Source: Eledone cirrhosa (Eukaryota). Taken from it: DNA of 64,000 bases. Numbering within the stretch: position 1 is the first letter of the stretch; every line of letters starts with the position of its first letter. Positions 14,834-29,020 of the stretch are shown here, one piece after another. The DNA is taken from positions 71,176,001 through 71,240,000 of the forward strand of contig OZ024747.1 in NCBI GenBank assembly GCA_964016885.1, written 5' to 3'. The position numbers and the translations under genes were made by a program. Under the pieces are notes generated by a model. The model did no database searches. It was not told the DNA's origin and worked only from the letters and a program-made list of their open reading frames with translations.

Positions 14834-14870
14834 TAACCTAACCCTAACCCTAACCCTAACCCTAACCCTA
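14834..14870 (-). repeat. Interstitial telomere-type (TTAGGG)n array
   Basis: TAACC(TAACCC)5TA on the plus strand. Confidence 0.9.
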
Positions 14871-14994
14871 GCACTTACTCCCGCTCTCTACGTATGTTTT
14901 TATTGGCAGCATGTATAACAATATATATATATATACATATATATACATATATATACATATAAATATACACACACACACACACATATGTATATAC

Positions 14995-15142
<148 letters not shown>

Positions 15143-15180
15143 GAAACCAAAGAACGCTTACATACTCAAACAGTTTTTAT

Positions 15181-15230
15181 TAACCTACAATGTTTCATCC
15201 ATACTGTTAGGTAGTATCATCAGAGCTTAA
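15181..15230 (-). ncRNA. Degenerate hammerhead ribozyme
   Basis: TAAGCT-CTGATGA-...GGAT-GAAACATTGT-AGGTTA, with stem II eroded. The downstream AATAAA...TAAGCGTTCTTTG tail resembles the tail of the 5634 element (TAAGCGCTCTTTG). Confidence 0.5.
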
Positions 15231-15988
15231 TAAACACAGTGCTGAGTATAAGCTCTATCAAGCTTAGTCACACGAACAATAGGAATACAATAGAGGGTAA
15301 AGATAGGGAGATCGGAGATGGCGAATAAGGAGGGAGTACATGCTGGGGTTGTTAAGCACCACAGCTAAATGCTAGGGCACAAGCAGATCACACAAGATGC
15401 AGATACAATTGATGGCACACAAAATTAAAAAATACAAACTATGGCTAAAACATAATAAAAAAGTAAAAGGAAGATAATATAAAGAGATAAAAAGTTAATA
15501 AAAAGGTTGAAGAATATATATATATCATAAATTATGTCCATAGAATCATTTGCTAAAAAATATACACTATTTCCTCTCCAAATTAGCATAATTAACCATA
15601 TAAAACATCAATTAGACCAGGCTATAAGAATAAAGGCTCCTATGAAGAAATATTTGTTAAATAAACGAAAGCAGCCTCTTCGCGGCCGCCGACCGCAATA
15701 GAATATTTACCCAACATTTCAACAGCATGTAGAAATCGACTAAATATACAGTCAACCATACACAATTAGGTATAAATTTAAAGTTAGAAGAAATGCGTAC
15801 TCTCTTACCGTGATCATATCCCTACCCTGGGGTTTCGTTCGCATTTTGAGATATCCTATTAAGGATATTATATGGACATAATTTATGATATATTGCTCTG
15901 ATTATTTAATTTATTAATTCTTCATTGAGCCACATCGTGAATGGTTGCCACATATATATATCTGTGACTTTGTTTATATGTAAATCTT

Positions 15989-16080
<92 letters not shown>

Positions 16081-16363
16081 CGTGGGTTCCTGACTCTTTA
16101 TAATATAACCATTCTCTAGTACCCCGAATATCGTACTCGGTTGAGTATTGGTCTGGCCAGTTTCAAACTGAATCCATCCTGTATGTGCGTATATATATAT
16201 ATATATACGCACATATATATATATATATACATATATACATACATGCACACATACATACGTACGTACATACATACATACATACATACATACATACATACAT
16301 ACATACATACATACATACATACATGCACACATACATACGTACGTACATACATACATACATACA

Positions 16364-16394
<31 letters not shown>

Positions 16395-16694
16395 GTGTCT
16401 GTGCATATGTATGTATGATAAAGTTATTTTTATCAAATACTAAATTAAGATTATTCTCTCTTTACCTCTCCACCTCTGTCCCCGCTCTCTCCTCCCTCTC
16501 TCTCTCTCTCTCTCTCGCACTACATACACTCGTTTATTGTCCTTCAATAATTTAATAGCCGCTATACTGTCCTTGTGACTCATCCACATCATAGTTGTGA
16601 TGTCCAGTGGCTAGACACGGACATGTCTTCTTCCCCTTCTGTGCATAATCTTATCAAGTGTAAGGGTGAGGTGAAACCTGATAGACAATGTGGA

Positions 16695-16716
16695 TAGTAG
16701 TAGTAGCAGCAGCAGC

Positions 16717-16774
<58 letters not shown>

Positions 16775-16776
16775 AA

Positions 16777-16811
<35 letters not shown>

Positions 16812-16835
16812 TAGTAGTTGTGGTGGTGGTAGTGG
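16695..16835. repeat. Compound (GTA)n/(GCA)n/(GTG)n microsatellite
   Basis: Direct reading. Confidence 0.95.
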
Positions 16836-17317
16836 TGACAGGAGAAAGAATTGGTAGTGAAGTTGGGGGAAAGGAAGTAGATATTTCTCATTACTTGCAG
16901 CTATTTTTTATGGATTAGCAGCATGTCTCATTTTTATCAAGCCACCGTAGTATTTCCACACTGCACAATATATTTAAATTAGTCAAGGCTGGTGGATTAA
17001 TGGTTAGTGTACTTAGTGGTTATGACATTGGGTATAGCATTTTTATTTATTTATTTATTTAATCTGTTTAAACGTCCGTATAGAGCTAGTAAGCCAAGAA
17101 AAACTAGTGGACTTATCTTACAGTTGAGAATAAAGAAATATGATATTCCCAACCCCATCAAACAGACAAACTGAACATGGCATACACTAGTATAAATAAC
17201 AAATAACGCATACAAAATATTAAAAAAATATCTTTATTATCAACAAACCAACGCCCAACTATTGATTTCAACGATAAGCATTCTATTGTTAGTCCTAATC
17301 ATTAAATTAACCTTTAA

Positions 17318-17660
17318 TGAATTTGGGGTAATGACCGAAAGAATACGATACAAGCGGCCGAAATGGGGTTCGTCCGAAGGGTCTTTGGAGTAATGTTACT
17401 CGATAGAGTGCATAGCTCTGAGATCAGAGAGTCACTACTCCTCCGAATTGAGAGATCACAGCTCCGATACTATGGATATGGGATTAGAATGTCTCAGGAC
17501 AGATTTTACGGGTAAAACCAACCGACAGTAGATCCAGGGGTAGACCCTGAGCAAGATAGTTGGATAACATCCATGAGTTTGGCTGGTCTCGCTTGAGGAT
17601 AAAACCGGATCTGTTGCGGACTTTTCCCCCACGACATCTCAGGAATTAGTGGGCGAAGAA
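17318..17660 (+). mobile_element. RTE-type LINE 3' fragment (decayed)
   Basis: Translates with breaks as VMTERIR..IQAAEMGFVRRVFGVMLLDRV.SSEIRES..LLRIERSQLRYYG..RSRGRP..LDNI. Confidence 0.8.
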
Positions 17661-18667
17661 AAACAACATATTCCTGAGACATAATATAGAGACTTAAATA
17701 TATGATTCATTCAAGTGATTCTATAGTGTTCCTGACTACCAAATTTCAGGTTATGATTAGAGATGTAACGAAGTGGAATTGAACTCAGAACCTCCTGATA
17801 GTGTGGCGAACTTATTAACTATACAGCACTGAATAACCTTCAGATGGCTTATTCGAAAATGTGTATGCAGACGTGAAAATGTTAAACTTCCTATCTCTAA
17901 ATATTGCAGTGGACACACATGGAGAAATTTTGTAATCCCTCTTGTCGCATTTACAAGAAATCATTGCAAACATTACATAACAACAAAGATATAGATGGAT
18001 AAAAACAAGACATAGCCTCTTTCAACGAAAATTATTTAGAAATATTCACAACTTTATATGTCTGTGAGTCTTGGGGAGATGAGTGTAATGATCTTCTGAG
18101 AATGATCTTCATTAAAGTTAAAACGAAATTATTCTTCACTCAAAGTGTTTCTTGCTTCATTGCTTGAATGCTCCCTATTATCTCTATTCGGCAGCGTATA
18201 TTCTTTAAACTTATATGATCCATATTCTCTTCAACAAACATCTTCGCTCAGACTATTAATACTCTTTCCTTTCCATGTAATACGAATTTACCACAAATAT
18301 GCAAACTAGAACGAAAATAAGTGTTGAGAAAATAACTAACAAATATAGAATTCTTTAATAAATTAGATTTGTTATAGAAACAACAATAATAGCAAAAGAT
18401 AGAACTTAATGCATGGTTAATGCACCCGAACAAAAATAACACTCACAAAAAAAATAGTTGATAGCATTTTGATAACATAAAAATCTGATATTAGCGGTAA
18501 AAAAATGTATTGGTAACGACAATACCGTTAAGATGATATCATTCACATTATTCCTTCTTACAATAAAATGGCAATAATAAATGCTACTCATAACTACTTG
18601 ATCCAGGAGATAGCCTAGAGCCATTATTGTTTAAAATAAAATATAGAAGCACTATACGAACGAAATA

Positions 18668-18760
<93 letters not shown>

Positions 18761-18772
18761 CATACATACATA

Positions 18773-18846
<74 letters not shown>

Positions 18847-18847
18847 C

Positions 18848-18895
<48 letters not shown>

Positions 18896-19336
18896 ACACA
18901 AAAAAAGGTATAGACTAATGGAACACAAATTGCATTTTGAAAAGTATGCTTGAAAGAAATCTATTTTCCATATCCGCAAATCTAATATTGCGTGGGTTAC
19001 TGAGGTGTGTGTGTGTATGTGTTCATACATACATATACATAAAATGTATGCATAAAATGTATATGTGTGTTTTGTGTGTTTCAGTTGTGTGAGCATATCT
19101 TCAATTTTAAGACAGAAGGTGTATATGAACAGTAAAATTCTGTTTGTTAGTTTGCTGATTAGATATCACGTATCCATATATTTGTATAAAAGCTTAAGTA
19201 AGAGAAACACTTCGTATTCTGAAAAATATAGAAAATATACGAGGTTATATATAAATGTAATTTACTGCATGTATGTAACCGCTGTTCTATGTTTGTCCAA
19301 CGCCAAAAATGTTCTTTCTGTATGAAATCAGATATA

Positions 19337-19516
<180 letters not shown>

Positions 19517-19556
19517 GAGAGAGAGAGAAAAAGACGAAAGAGAGAGAGAGGGGGGG

Positions 19557-19922
19557 ATTTGAAACAAGGAAAAGAATGACTTCACTTATAGTTCTAAACA
19601 ATTTGATTTAATTTTATAATATTATGATTTGGTAGATCTAGTAAGTTATTTGTTAACTTCAGTGGGAAGATTTTTAAAAATTCCTGGTTAATTTTCCTGG
19701 AGAACTTTCTCGCATTCGTCGGTGGCGATTGTCAAACCGAGATTAGGTGCCAATCGCCACCGACGAATGCGAGAAAGTTCTCCAGGAAAATTAACCAGGA
19801 ATTTTTAAAAATCTTCCCACTGAAGTTAACAAAGAACTTATTAGATCTACCAAATCATAATATAAAATTAAATCAAATTGTTTAGAACTATAAGTGAAGT
19901 CATTCTTTTCCTTTTTTCAAAT
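19557..19922. repeat. Long palindrome, ~172-bp arms, 19-nt loop
   Basis: Arms 19557-19731 and 19751-19922 are reverse complements with a few substitutions and one 3-nt indel. Confidence 0.97.
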
Positions 19923-22086
19923 ATACCTAACTGTACCAAGGATTTCACATATTTTCCAATATATAAATATATATTTATATATAGATTCATTCATATTTAT
20001 ATATATTTATATATTGCAATCGCTTGTCAGATTATAGAATTCGGTGCACCTTTAGGCTACGGCCAGCCCCACGAACCCGTAACATATCCTGAACAAGCAA
20101 TGCATGTGCTTTGGAGGTTTTTTTAAGTGAGGAAAGGCGTTGCACTCGACCAATCCCACACTCTGAGCATCGAAAGCACTACCCGAAAAGGGGACCTGGT
20201 CAACATCATCGGATGTTTCAGAAGCCGCAGGATTTTTTTTGTGTGTGACAACTGGGGGCCTTTCTCTCCCAGGTGAAAAAAAAAAAAAAAAAATAACAAG
20301 AACAAAAAACTATTATTTGGATGGCCGTTGTCTCTGCCGAGTTCCTCTACTCTTTGCCGAGTCTAGTATTTCATCCTGCAGGGTGTGCAAGTATCACCCT
20401 CCTCACCTATATATATATATAATTTTACCTTTTACAATGGTAACATTTTTCTCAAAAAATAACTCAAAATATGACAGGTATCATTGTAGCTTCATTGTAG
20501 GAAGGTGTACCGGTCTTAACGACGATAAAATTAAAACAAAATGCCAATGGGTTAAGGGCAATTGAGGGGGAAATGACAGAACAACACTTCACAGACATAC
20601 AAAAACATAAATGGCATCGCAGCATTGGCTATATTTGACCTTGGGCTAGGAAAACACAAAAGGTAGTACCTGCAGTCACTGAAATATAGATATTGCATCA
20701 CGTAAGAGATTACGGTTAAGGAATTTTCGTACCTCCTTGAACCGCAAAAACATAAGTGGTAGTAGACTTGTTGTTACTTGGTCGCATATCTTCATTGTTT
20801 GAACAGATCAACTCATCTTTTTATATATGAATGAGGGACATTCTTCAATTTTTGTACCGGATGACAAAGAGAAATTGGTTGTTACTATTAGCAAGCTGAG
20901 AGATCCCCAAGGGGTTTCTTTGTTAAGTCATAATGGTGGTGTAGTATCTTAATATGGCAAAGCTTAAATTTACCCATCTCATACTCTTTCATATTTTTAA
21001 AACTATCAATGCAATCAACGTAAGCACAGTGATGTTACAGAGCTACTGTTTCAAAACAGGGAGCTTACATACATCCTCACCATATAGATTTACGGCTGCG
21101 TAATCTGCGCTAGTTTTTTGCTGTTGATTAATACTAAATGTACTCTGGTGGAGCAGACTTAAGATCAAAGGATTATTTCCAGCCAAGGCCAACCTGAAGT
21201 GGTTAGGGTTATGTAAGTTATCTAATATTCTCTTCCCTTATTTAAGACATAAGGATATGCTTTTAGAAAGATTTGGCTGCAAATTTAGGTGATCTAGTCA
21301 TCATCTAAGGGTTACTTCGTTGGCTTACATTTCACTCTTTATTTAAAGACGGCAGGGTAAACTATCTAACAGACGGGATAAGTGCGTTGTTTTCCACGTT
21401 AGCTTATAAGAATTAGGTGTTTGGGTGAAGTAGATTAGGTAGTGGTTGTGAAAAGACACGGTGATTAAAGAATATGCAGTTTAGCATGCAAATGTTAATT
21501 ATAAATTAGAGGTAGGTCTCTCTCTCACTGTCTCTCGCACACTCTGCACCACCACTCTATATCCCTACCTCTCTAATTTAGTTAGAAAGAATATAAAGCT
21601 CTCAAATATTCAACTAAATCGTTAACATATTTTTCCAATCATTCGATCTTAGTCTTATATGTTTAATTTAAAGTAAACGCGATGAAATATGAATAGCTTA
21701 TGATATTTTTCTTCCTTGTACTTCTAAGAAACAGTCAGTATTCAAAAACATTCACTGTAATCGAAGTTATCTACCATAAATGTAAAAATGGTTCTTAGAC
21801 TGCAAATAAAATCCGGTTATAATGCTTCATCAAGCATCAGACTACATCAGTTCTGATTAGATTCACACCTATCACTTTCAAATCTTTCGACTAGCCAACA
21901 GATTTGTTTCTTTCTCCTATTTAAGGTGTTGGGATAATTTTTTCTCTTTTCATTTATATTTCTTTCTATGTATATATATATATATATGTGTATATATGTT
22001 TTTATATATTTATATATATATATTTATATATATATATATATATATAAATATATATATATAAATATATAAAAACATATATATATAGA

Positions 22087-22158
<72 letters not shown>

Positions 22159-22339
22159 TGTGTGCGTATGTATATGTGTGTATTATATCTCTAAATTGAT
22201 CTCTTTCTGTTCTATTGAAGCGTGGACATAAGCATAAATCAGAGAACAATCTTTAGAATTGAATGTAGTAATCACTTTCTACTTGCATATATTTGTGTGT
22301 ATATATATGTATGTATAAACGCACACACACACACACACG

Positions 22340-22407
<68 letters not shown>

Positions 22408-22497
22408 TGTATATATATATACATATATATATAGAGAGATATATATATATATATATACATACATATATATATATATACATACATATATATACGCTGC

Positions 22498-22550
<53 letters not shown>

Positions 22551-22563
22551 CATATATATAAAA

Positions 22564-22651
<88 letters not shown>

Positions 22652-23286
22652 AAGGATTAAAGATAAAAATGAAAATCTATAGCCGTAGTCGAATATTAAG
22701 AAAAGATTTTCTTAATCTCAAACAGTGATTTGATTTGATTCCAAACAAACAAATCTTGCCTTCGACCATTTTGTCATTTGCGTTCATTCTGTTTCATATT
22801 TCCATCCGTGTAGGCAAAATATGCATGCATGCACTAACGCAGAAATATCTATATAAATCTGTGCGATTATGTATTGTTCTGAAATATATCCTTCCTTATT
22901 TCAATGTATTCTTTTTACACTTCTTTACAAAGCATCTCCTCCATAAACATGACTATTACTTAGAGGAAAGTACTTCTGCGAGAACGATTTAATACCCATA
23001 CACACGGCAACGATTTTTGTCTTATTTTCTTCAAATGCTGTCAGTCAGTTACGAGGAGTCGGGCTTTATACCTATGGCATTGATGTGCTTATGGCGATAG
23101 TGATGATGATGGCAAGAGGACGGGGAGGATGTAGAGGATAATATCGACGTAGCGATTAGACATTAAATCATGAGTAGAGACTTACTAAAAGGGATAATAG
23201 TTATATAGTTGATCCCTGCTTATCTCCTTTAATATATATGCATATCTATCTAGCTATCTATATATATATATATAGATATATAGATA

Positions 23287-23370
<84 letters not shown>

Positions 23371-23756
23371 GAAAAGTATAGAAAAGTATATGTATTTATG
23401 TAGGTATGTATTTATGTATGTAAGTATGTATGTATATATGCATGTATATATGTATGTATATATGTATTTATGTATATATTTATGTATGTATATGTTTATG
23501 TAAGTGTTTATGTATGTATTTATATATGTATGTGTTTATGTATTTATGTATGTATGTATGTATTTATATATGTGTTTATATAAGTATATATTTATGTATG
23601 TATGTGTTTATGTATGTATGTATTTATATATGCATGTATTTATGTATGTGTTTATATATGTATATATTTATTATGTGTTCATGTATGTGTGTATTTATGT
23701 ATGTGTTTGTGTGTGTATGTATATATATCTATGTTATCTCATGTTTCCCTAGCACA

Positions 23757-23820
23757 GGGGCTAATGAGTAATCGAGACCATCATACTGAACGATTGTCTT
23801 TCACGAAACTCGTCACCACC
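23757..23820 (+). ncRNA. Degenerate hammerhead ribozyme
   Basis: CTAATGA (G5A)-GT..AGAC.ATC/GAT.GTCT..AC-GAAACTCGTC; stem I is eroded. Confidence 0.45.
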
Positions 23821-24640
23821 AAAATCCGCCTCCCCACCACCCCCATTCTCACCACCATCATCCCCAACCCCACCATAATTTTCTTCAGTTCAGTTCAATA
23901 ATCACTTAATCGATAATCTCCCCGTCCGACTTAGCTTATATTGGTTTTGTCTGGAAAATGCATTGTGTGATTTTCCTTTTATTTCTTTTCAAGCTGTCTT
24001 TAATGGATTTTTATTTATCACTTGAGAGTTTTGACCATTACTCTTTGACTTTCTTTTCTTCCTTCTTTCTTGTTTTCTTTTATTTATAATAACTTATTAT
24101 TGTTGTTCTGGTTGTTGTTATTGTCATATTTCTTTCTCCTCTCTTTTCATTTTCTTTTCACGTATTCTTATTTAATTGCCTTGTAAGTTGATTGTCTCCC
24201 CTTTTTATATGTTCTTTCTTTCTTTACTTTTTGCAGTCTTGATATATTTGATGTTTTTAAAGTTTGTTAAATTTTATCTCAACTTCTGCTTTTATGTCAT
24301 TCATTTTTCTTCCTTTGTATTTCTATTTCCTTTGTGTTTCTATTTCCTTTGTTGTTGCTATAGTTCTTTCCGTTGTTAAACTACTTGTAGGTGCTTCTGT
24401 TGCTATCTATCAATATTCATCTTTCCAAACATTTTGTCTTCGCTAAGTTTATTTGATATCGCAATATAGTTAATATAACACACTGTAACACTTTTCTTTT
24501 TAATAGGCTTCTAGTGCACACTTTATTTTATCTAGTTCAAAATAATCGTGAGAAATATGTTTATCTGTTTTCCACTGAATCACTTAGGCTATTATCCAAT
24601 TAATTAAACGTATGTTCCCACACGAGTGAATCTACCTTTG

Positions 24641-24680
<40 letters not shown>

Positions 24681-24734
24681 CGTGTGTGTGTGTGTGTGTG
24701 CGCGTGTGTGAGTGTGTGTATGAGAGTCTGTGTA

Positions 24735-24781
<47 letters not shown>

Positions 24782-24782
24782 A

Positions 24783-24840
<58 letters not shown>

Positions 24841-24865
24841 TGCGTGTGTGTGTGTGTGTGTATGG

Positions 24866-24896
<31 letters not shown>

Positions 24897-26456
24897 TGTG
24901 TGTGTTGTGTGTGTATGGGTTTTCCTGAGTTTATGTGCCAATTTGACTATACTATGTCTATTATTTGTTTGTGATGTATCAGTAAAGTAAAAGTCGTAAA
25001 GTTTTCCTTTGCATATTTAGAGGCCTGTTTTTGTTAAATTTAATATAATTTGAGCGAGTCTATTTGCTTTTGTGTAATGGAATATAAGAATGGCTAAACA
25101 AAAAGGTAAGCATATTAAAATGTTCAATTGAATGCAAGCAACACCTCCTACCAAGTAATGTAATAGATGTTGTTACGTAATGTCTTCTAACATGACCTAG
25201 TACCAAATGGTGATTCGGTTTCGATTCATGATGTCAGAAATAACAATTCTTTTTTTTTTACATCAAAGTAATTTCACTTTCTATTGGACAGTTCACTAAT
25301 ATTTCGATAGGTACCATGTTGTCAGGCACAGCTTAACACCAAAGGCAATACTGTCGCCGTTTAATTGTGGAGTAATTTTTAAAACTCAAATATGATAAAG
25401 ATTTTACTTTGAAAGCACTAATGTGAATATTAGCTAATTTCAATTTAATTATCTAATTAAAGCAAGTACCAATCAATTGAATATGGCATCATCTTAACCT
25501 TTATGACCTCTTTGTGGGGAATACATTGTTCGTTATATCATTCCAACAAACTATGAGTGCAGAAGTTAGATCAAACATAAGTAAAAAATAATTTTGTAGT
25601 TATAAAGCAAAACCTTAGAACTGGCGATGGGCCTACGACCGGTACTGGGAGGCGTGGGATGGATGCTCAAATGATGCATATCACTTGGCCTTAATGAAGG
25701 CCCTGAAGGGGGAAAATCGTATTGGAAACATGACCCACACAAATAGATGTTTCAACACACGATTTCATATAAAAAATCTTACATAGCAAATACAAACATA
25801 AACACACACACACACGCACATATACACACGCATATATATATATATGTGTGTGTGTTGTGAGCATGTGTGTGTGTGCGTGAGTGTATATTCTATATGACTT
25901 GAACATCTAAGGAAACACAAATTCCACTCAAGTTAATTACTACATCCTGTAGGTTTTTGGAACTTGTCCAATAAAAATCTTAGTATTTCTTATCGGGTCA
26001 GGAAAATATGGTGAGTCAGCCAGGAAAACTGTCACCAAATTAGTTTTCTGTTGCTTCTTTCCGTACGGTTTTTTTTTTTTTTTTTTGTGTCCTTCTTAAG
26101 TATATTTGAACCATGTTCGAAATAAAAGCTGGCATTTGCACACACACACACACACACACACATACACACACACACACACACATATATATCTATATATACA
26201 TTTATATGGGATAACAAGTTATCGTTATAGGTAATCCAGTTAGAGGTTGTGAGTACTCTGCGTCGTGGATAGTTTTAACGTACGGCTTTGTTTGACTCAA
26301 CAAGGTATTTCCATAGTTAGGCAGCGAGTTCGCAGTAATTCCTATGTAGGTTATACTTGGAGTAATAGTAGTTAAAGAATGAAGAGTAACATGGTTGGCT
26401 GTACAACAAGGGGCTTTATTTCAGGTATTGACATTTGTTTCATTGATCAGGTGAGT

Positions 26457-26520
26457 CTAGAGGTCGCTAATCGCTTGAAGTTGCGTCACTCGATCTCTTC
26501 AAGCGATTAGCGACCTCTAG
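26457..26520. repeat. Perfect hairpin, 24-bp arms, 16-nt loop
   Basis: CTAGAGGTCGCTAATCGCTTGAAG / CTTCAAGCGATTAGCGACCTCTAG. Confidence 0.95.
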
Positions 26521-26535
26521 CATTCTTTCACTATA

Positions 26536-26571
<36 letters not shown>

Positions 26572-26574
26572 AAC

Positions 26575-27060
26575 ACAAATGAGGAGGTGAGGAGGAATAT
26601 GTTGAGATAGACGGAACTAAAGAATACTGGTGGAACCTGAAAACAAAAACTGCCACCAAATTAAAGCACAACCGGTCTGATATTGTTGTTTGGGACCACA
26701 CATTGAAAACGTGTTCTGTTGTGGAGATCAGCGTCCCACTCGATGTCAACGTTGTCAGAAAAATACAGGAGAAGGAGGATATCTAGGGACCATTGACGAG
26801 GAGTTTGCAGATCCAGTATCCAAGATACACCTTCAGCTTCATACCCATCATTATTGGAGCTACAGGTCATATGCCAACCCGCTTGGACCAAAGTATAACT
26901 GAACCTGGATTTGTGGACAAAGCACGCAGCTCCCTAATTCATAGACTACAAATGGCTACGATAGCTGGCACCTTCAAAATTTGCAAAACATTCTTGCGAT
27001 TCAAGGGATGACAATTTTTTTTCTTTTACAACCTTGCCACCAGGAAGGTGGCCGGTCAAA
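26575..27060 (+). mobile_element. 5'-truncated REL-endonuclease LINE (R4/NeSL/CRE-like) C-terminus
   Basis: KHNRSDIVVWD..VVEISVPLD..KIQEKED..FIPIIIGATG..LQMATIAGTFKICKTF, a PD-(D/E)xK-type domain with one internal stop. Confidence 0.8.
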
Positions 27061-27419
27061 AGTGTACTGGAAATTAAGAAAAAGAGAAACATACATGCAT
27101 AAATACATACAACTGCAATTCTCGTACTATAAACTGTGTCATATTGTATTTCCCATACATTCTCTTCTATCAGTGATTAGAAAACTTAAATGAATTCTGC
27201 ATGAAAAAATAATATAAACGTAAGGTATTAAATAATGTTCAAGATAATAAGTCGCAAAAATATTTTTACAACCGTATAATGTATTTTTACTTTGAATGTT
27301 AGTTACACCTAAGACATCCCTGGTGCTTTATTTCTCCCCATGGGAAAGAATGAGAGCCATGTTTTTTACGGGCTGTAGCCAAATCAATGTTGTTGCACCA
27401 TTATTATTGAATAGAATAC

Positions 27420-27700
27420 GGGTCATGTACTGGGGTCGATTTAATCGACTTTCCCTCCCAAAAAATTGCTGGCCTTGTGCCTATAGTAGAAATCATTATT
27501 ATTGAAAAAGGGCGGTAGATTGGCAGTATTGGTAGAGTTAATTTCCTTTACTTTCTGAATTCAAATCCCGCCGAGGTTAGCTTTGCCTTTCATCCTTACG
27601 GAGTCGATGAAATAAAGCTCCGGTAATACACTGGTGTCTATTTAATTGACTTTCCCCCTCCACAAAAATTGTTGGCCTTGTGCCTAAATCAGAAACTATT
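27420..27700 (+). mobile_element. SINE tail fragment plus internally deleted SINE
   Basis: Same head, B-box, core and tail blocks. Confidence 0.8.
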
Positions 27701-28598
27701 TATGAAAACGTTTCGCCATTAAATTCACCAAGAACATCCGAATAAATTTGTGATCTCTATGCATCTGCAAAGTATCTGCAATGCGTGTCGAAGGATTTTT
27801 CTTCCCTCCATAACTAACGTTTTGTCAGCAACGACATCCCTCATTACTCGATACGTTTCTTACATTATTATTTTTTATGTTTAAAACCAACTAACTGCGA
27901 CTAATACCAACAATTCCCAGTAAAACATGCATACAACTAGGAAAATGTTGCTATCTTCAATTATGTATATTTCATCCACATGTTGTTTAGTTACCTCATG
28001 TTAGGTATGTACATTAGGGAGATAGCAAACTTGATTCATATGAATATACAATCACTACATTATCAAAGCCATAAATTAGCAGAATCCTTAGCGATTCGTA
28101 TAAAAAATGTTTGACGCTATTCAGTACACCCATTTACCTTCTGAGTCGGAGAGAATGAGTTGTTGGATTCGTTTTGGCTCTCTGATCTCTGAACCAAAAC
28201 CCACCGAGACCGACTTTAACTTCCATTCTTTCGCAGTTGATAAACAAGTACCAGTACGGTACTAATAAGGGCAATTATTTCTCTAAATCCCTTTCCTACA
28301 TTCTCTATATTATTCTCTCTCTCTCCTTCTCTGGGGGAATTCCGCGGTGTTCAGGCCTGTAGAATGGATGAGCTCCACCAGAGATAAATTCCCATGATAC
28401 ACTGTACGTTACTACAGCACCTTTACGAATCCATCAAGAGTTACGGGTCGATATATATATATTTCGTCTTTTGAGTATTCTGTCAAACACAGTGACCCCA
28501 AATAAAACAACAGTACCATTGATGGGATTCGCAAGTGTCTACGTCCATTTCGCCAGCCGCTGACCACGGAATGTTATACGTGTTGCCAATATTGCAAC

Positions 28599-28690
<92 letters not shown>

Positions 28691-28746
28691 CGGCGATGAA
28701 TTATTAATTCTGGCAATATTACGCAAATATGACCCTCCCCAAATAT

Positions 28747-28779
<33 letters not shown>

Positions 28780-28877
28780 ACGAAGGAATTGTGGTAAGGA
28801 ACCAGATGGACCATAACGCACCAGAGTACTCAATAATTTGGGTAGTAGAGTGGGTAATAGGGGGTCATACTTTTTCC

Positions 28878-28953
<76 letters not shown>

Positions 28954-28989
28954 TGTGTGTGTATGTGTGTGTATGTGTGTGTGTGTGTA

Positions 28990-29020
<31 letters not shown>

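Noticed and set aside
15816-15868. Minus-strand GAAACCCCAGGGTA with flanking ATATCC/GGATAT
   Set aside because: Stem III is good, but the core reads TTAATAG and stem II is unclear; too decayed to call.
18380-18560. Possible GPCR TM6-TM7 pseudogene fragment (ILTVLSLPIHFF..FLFGCINHAL) on the minus strand
   Set aside because: Needs frameshifts and is short and AT-rich; unsupported without BLASTX.
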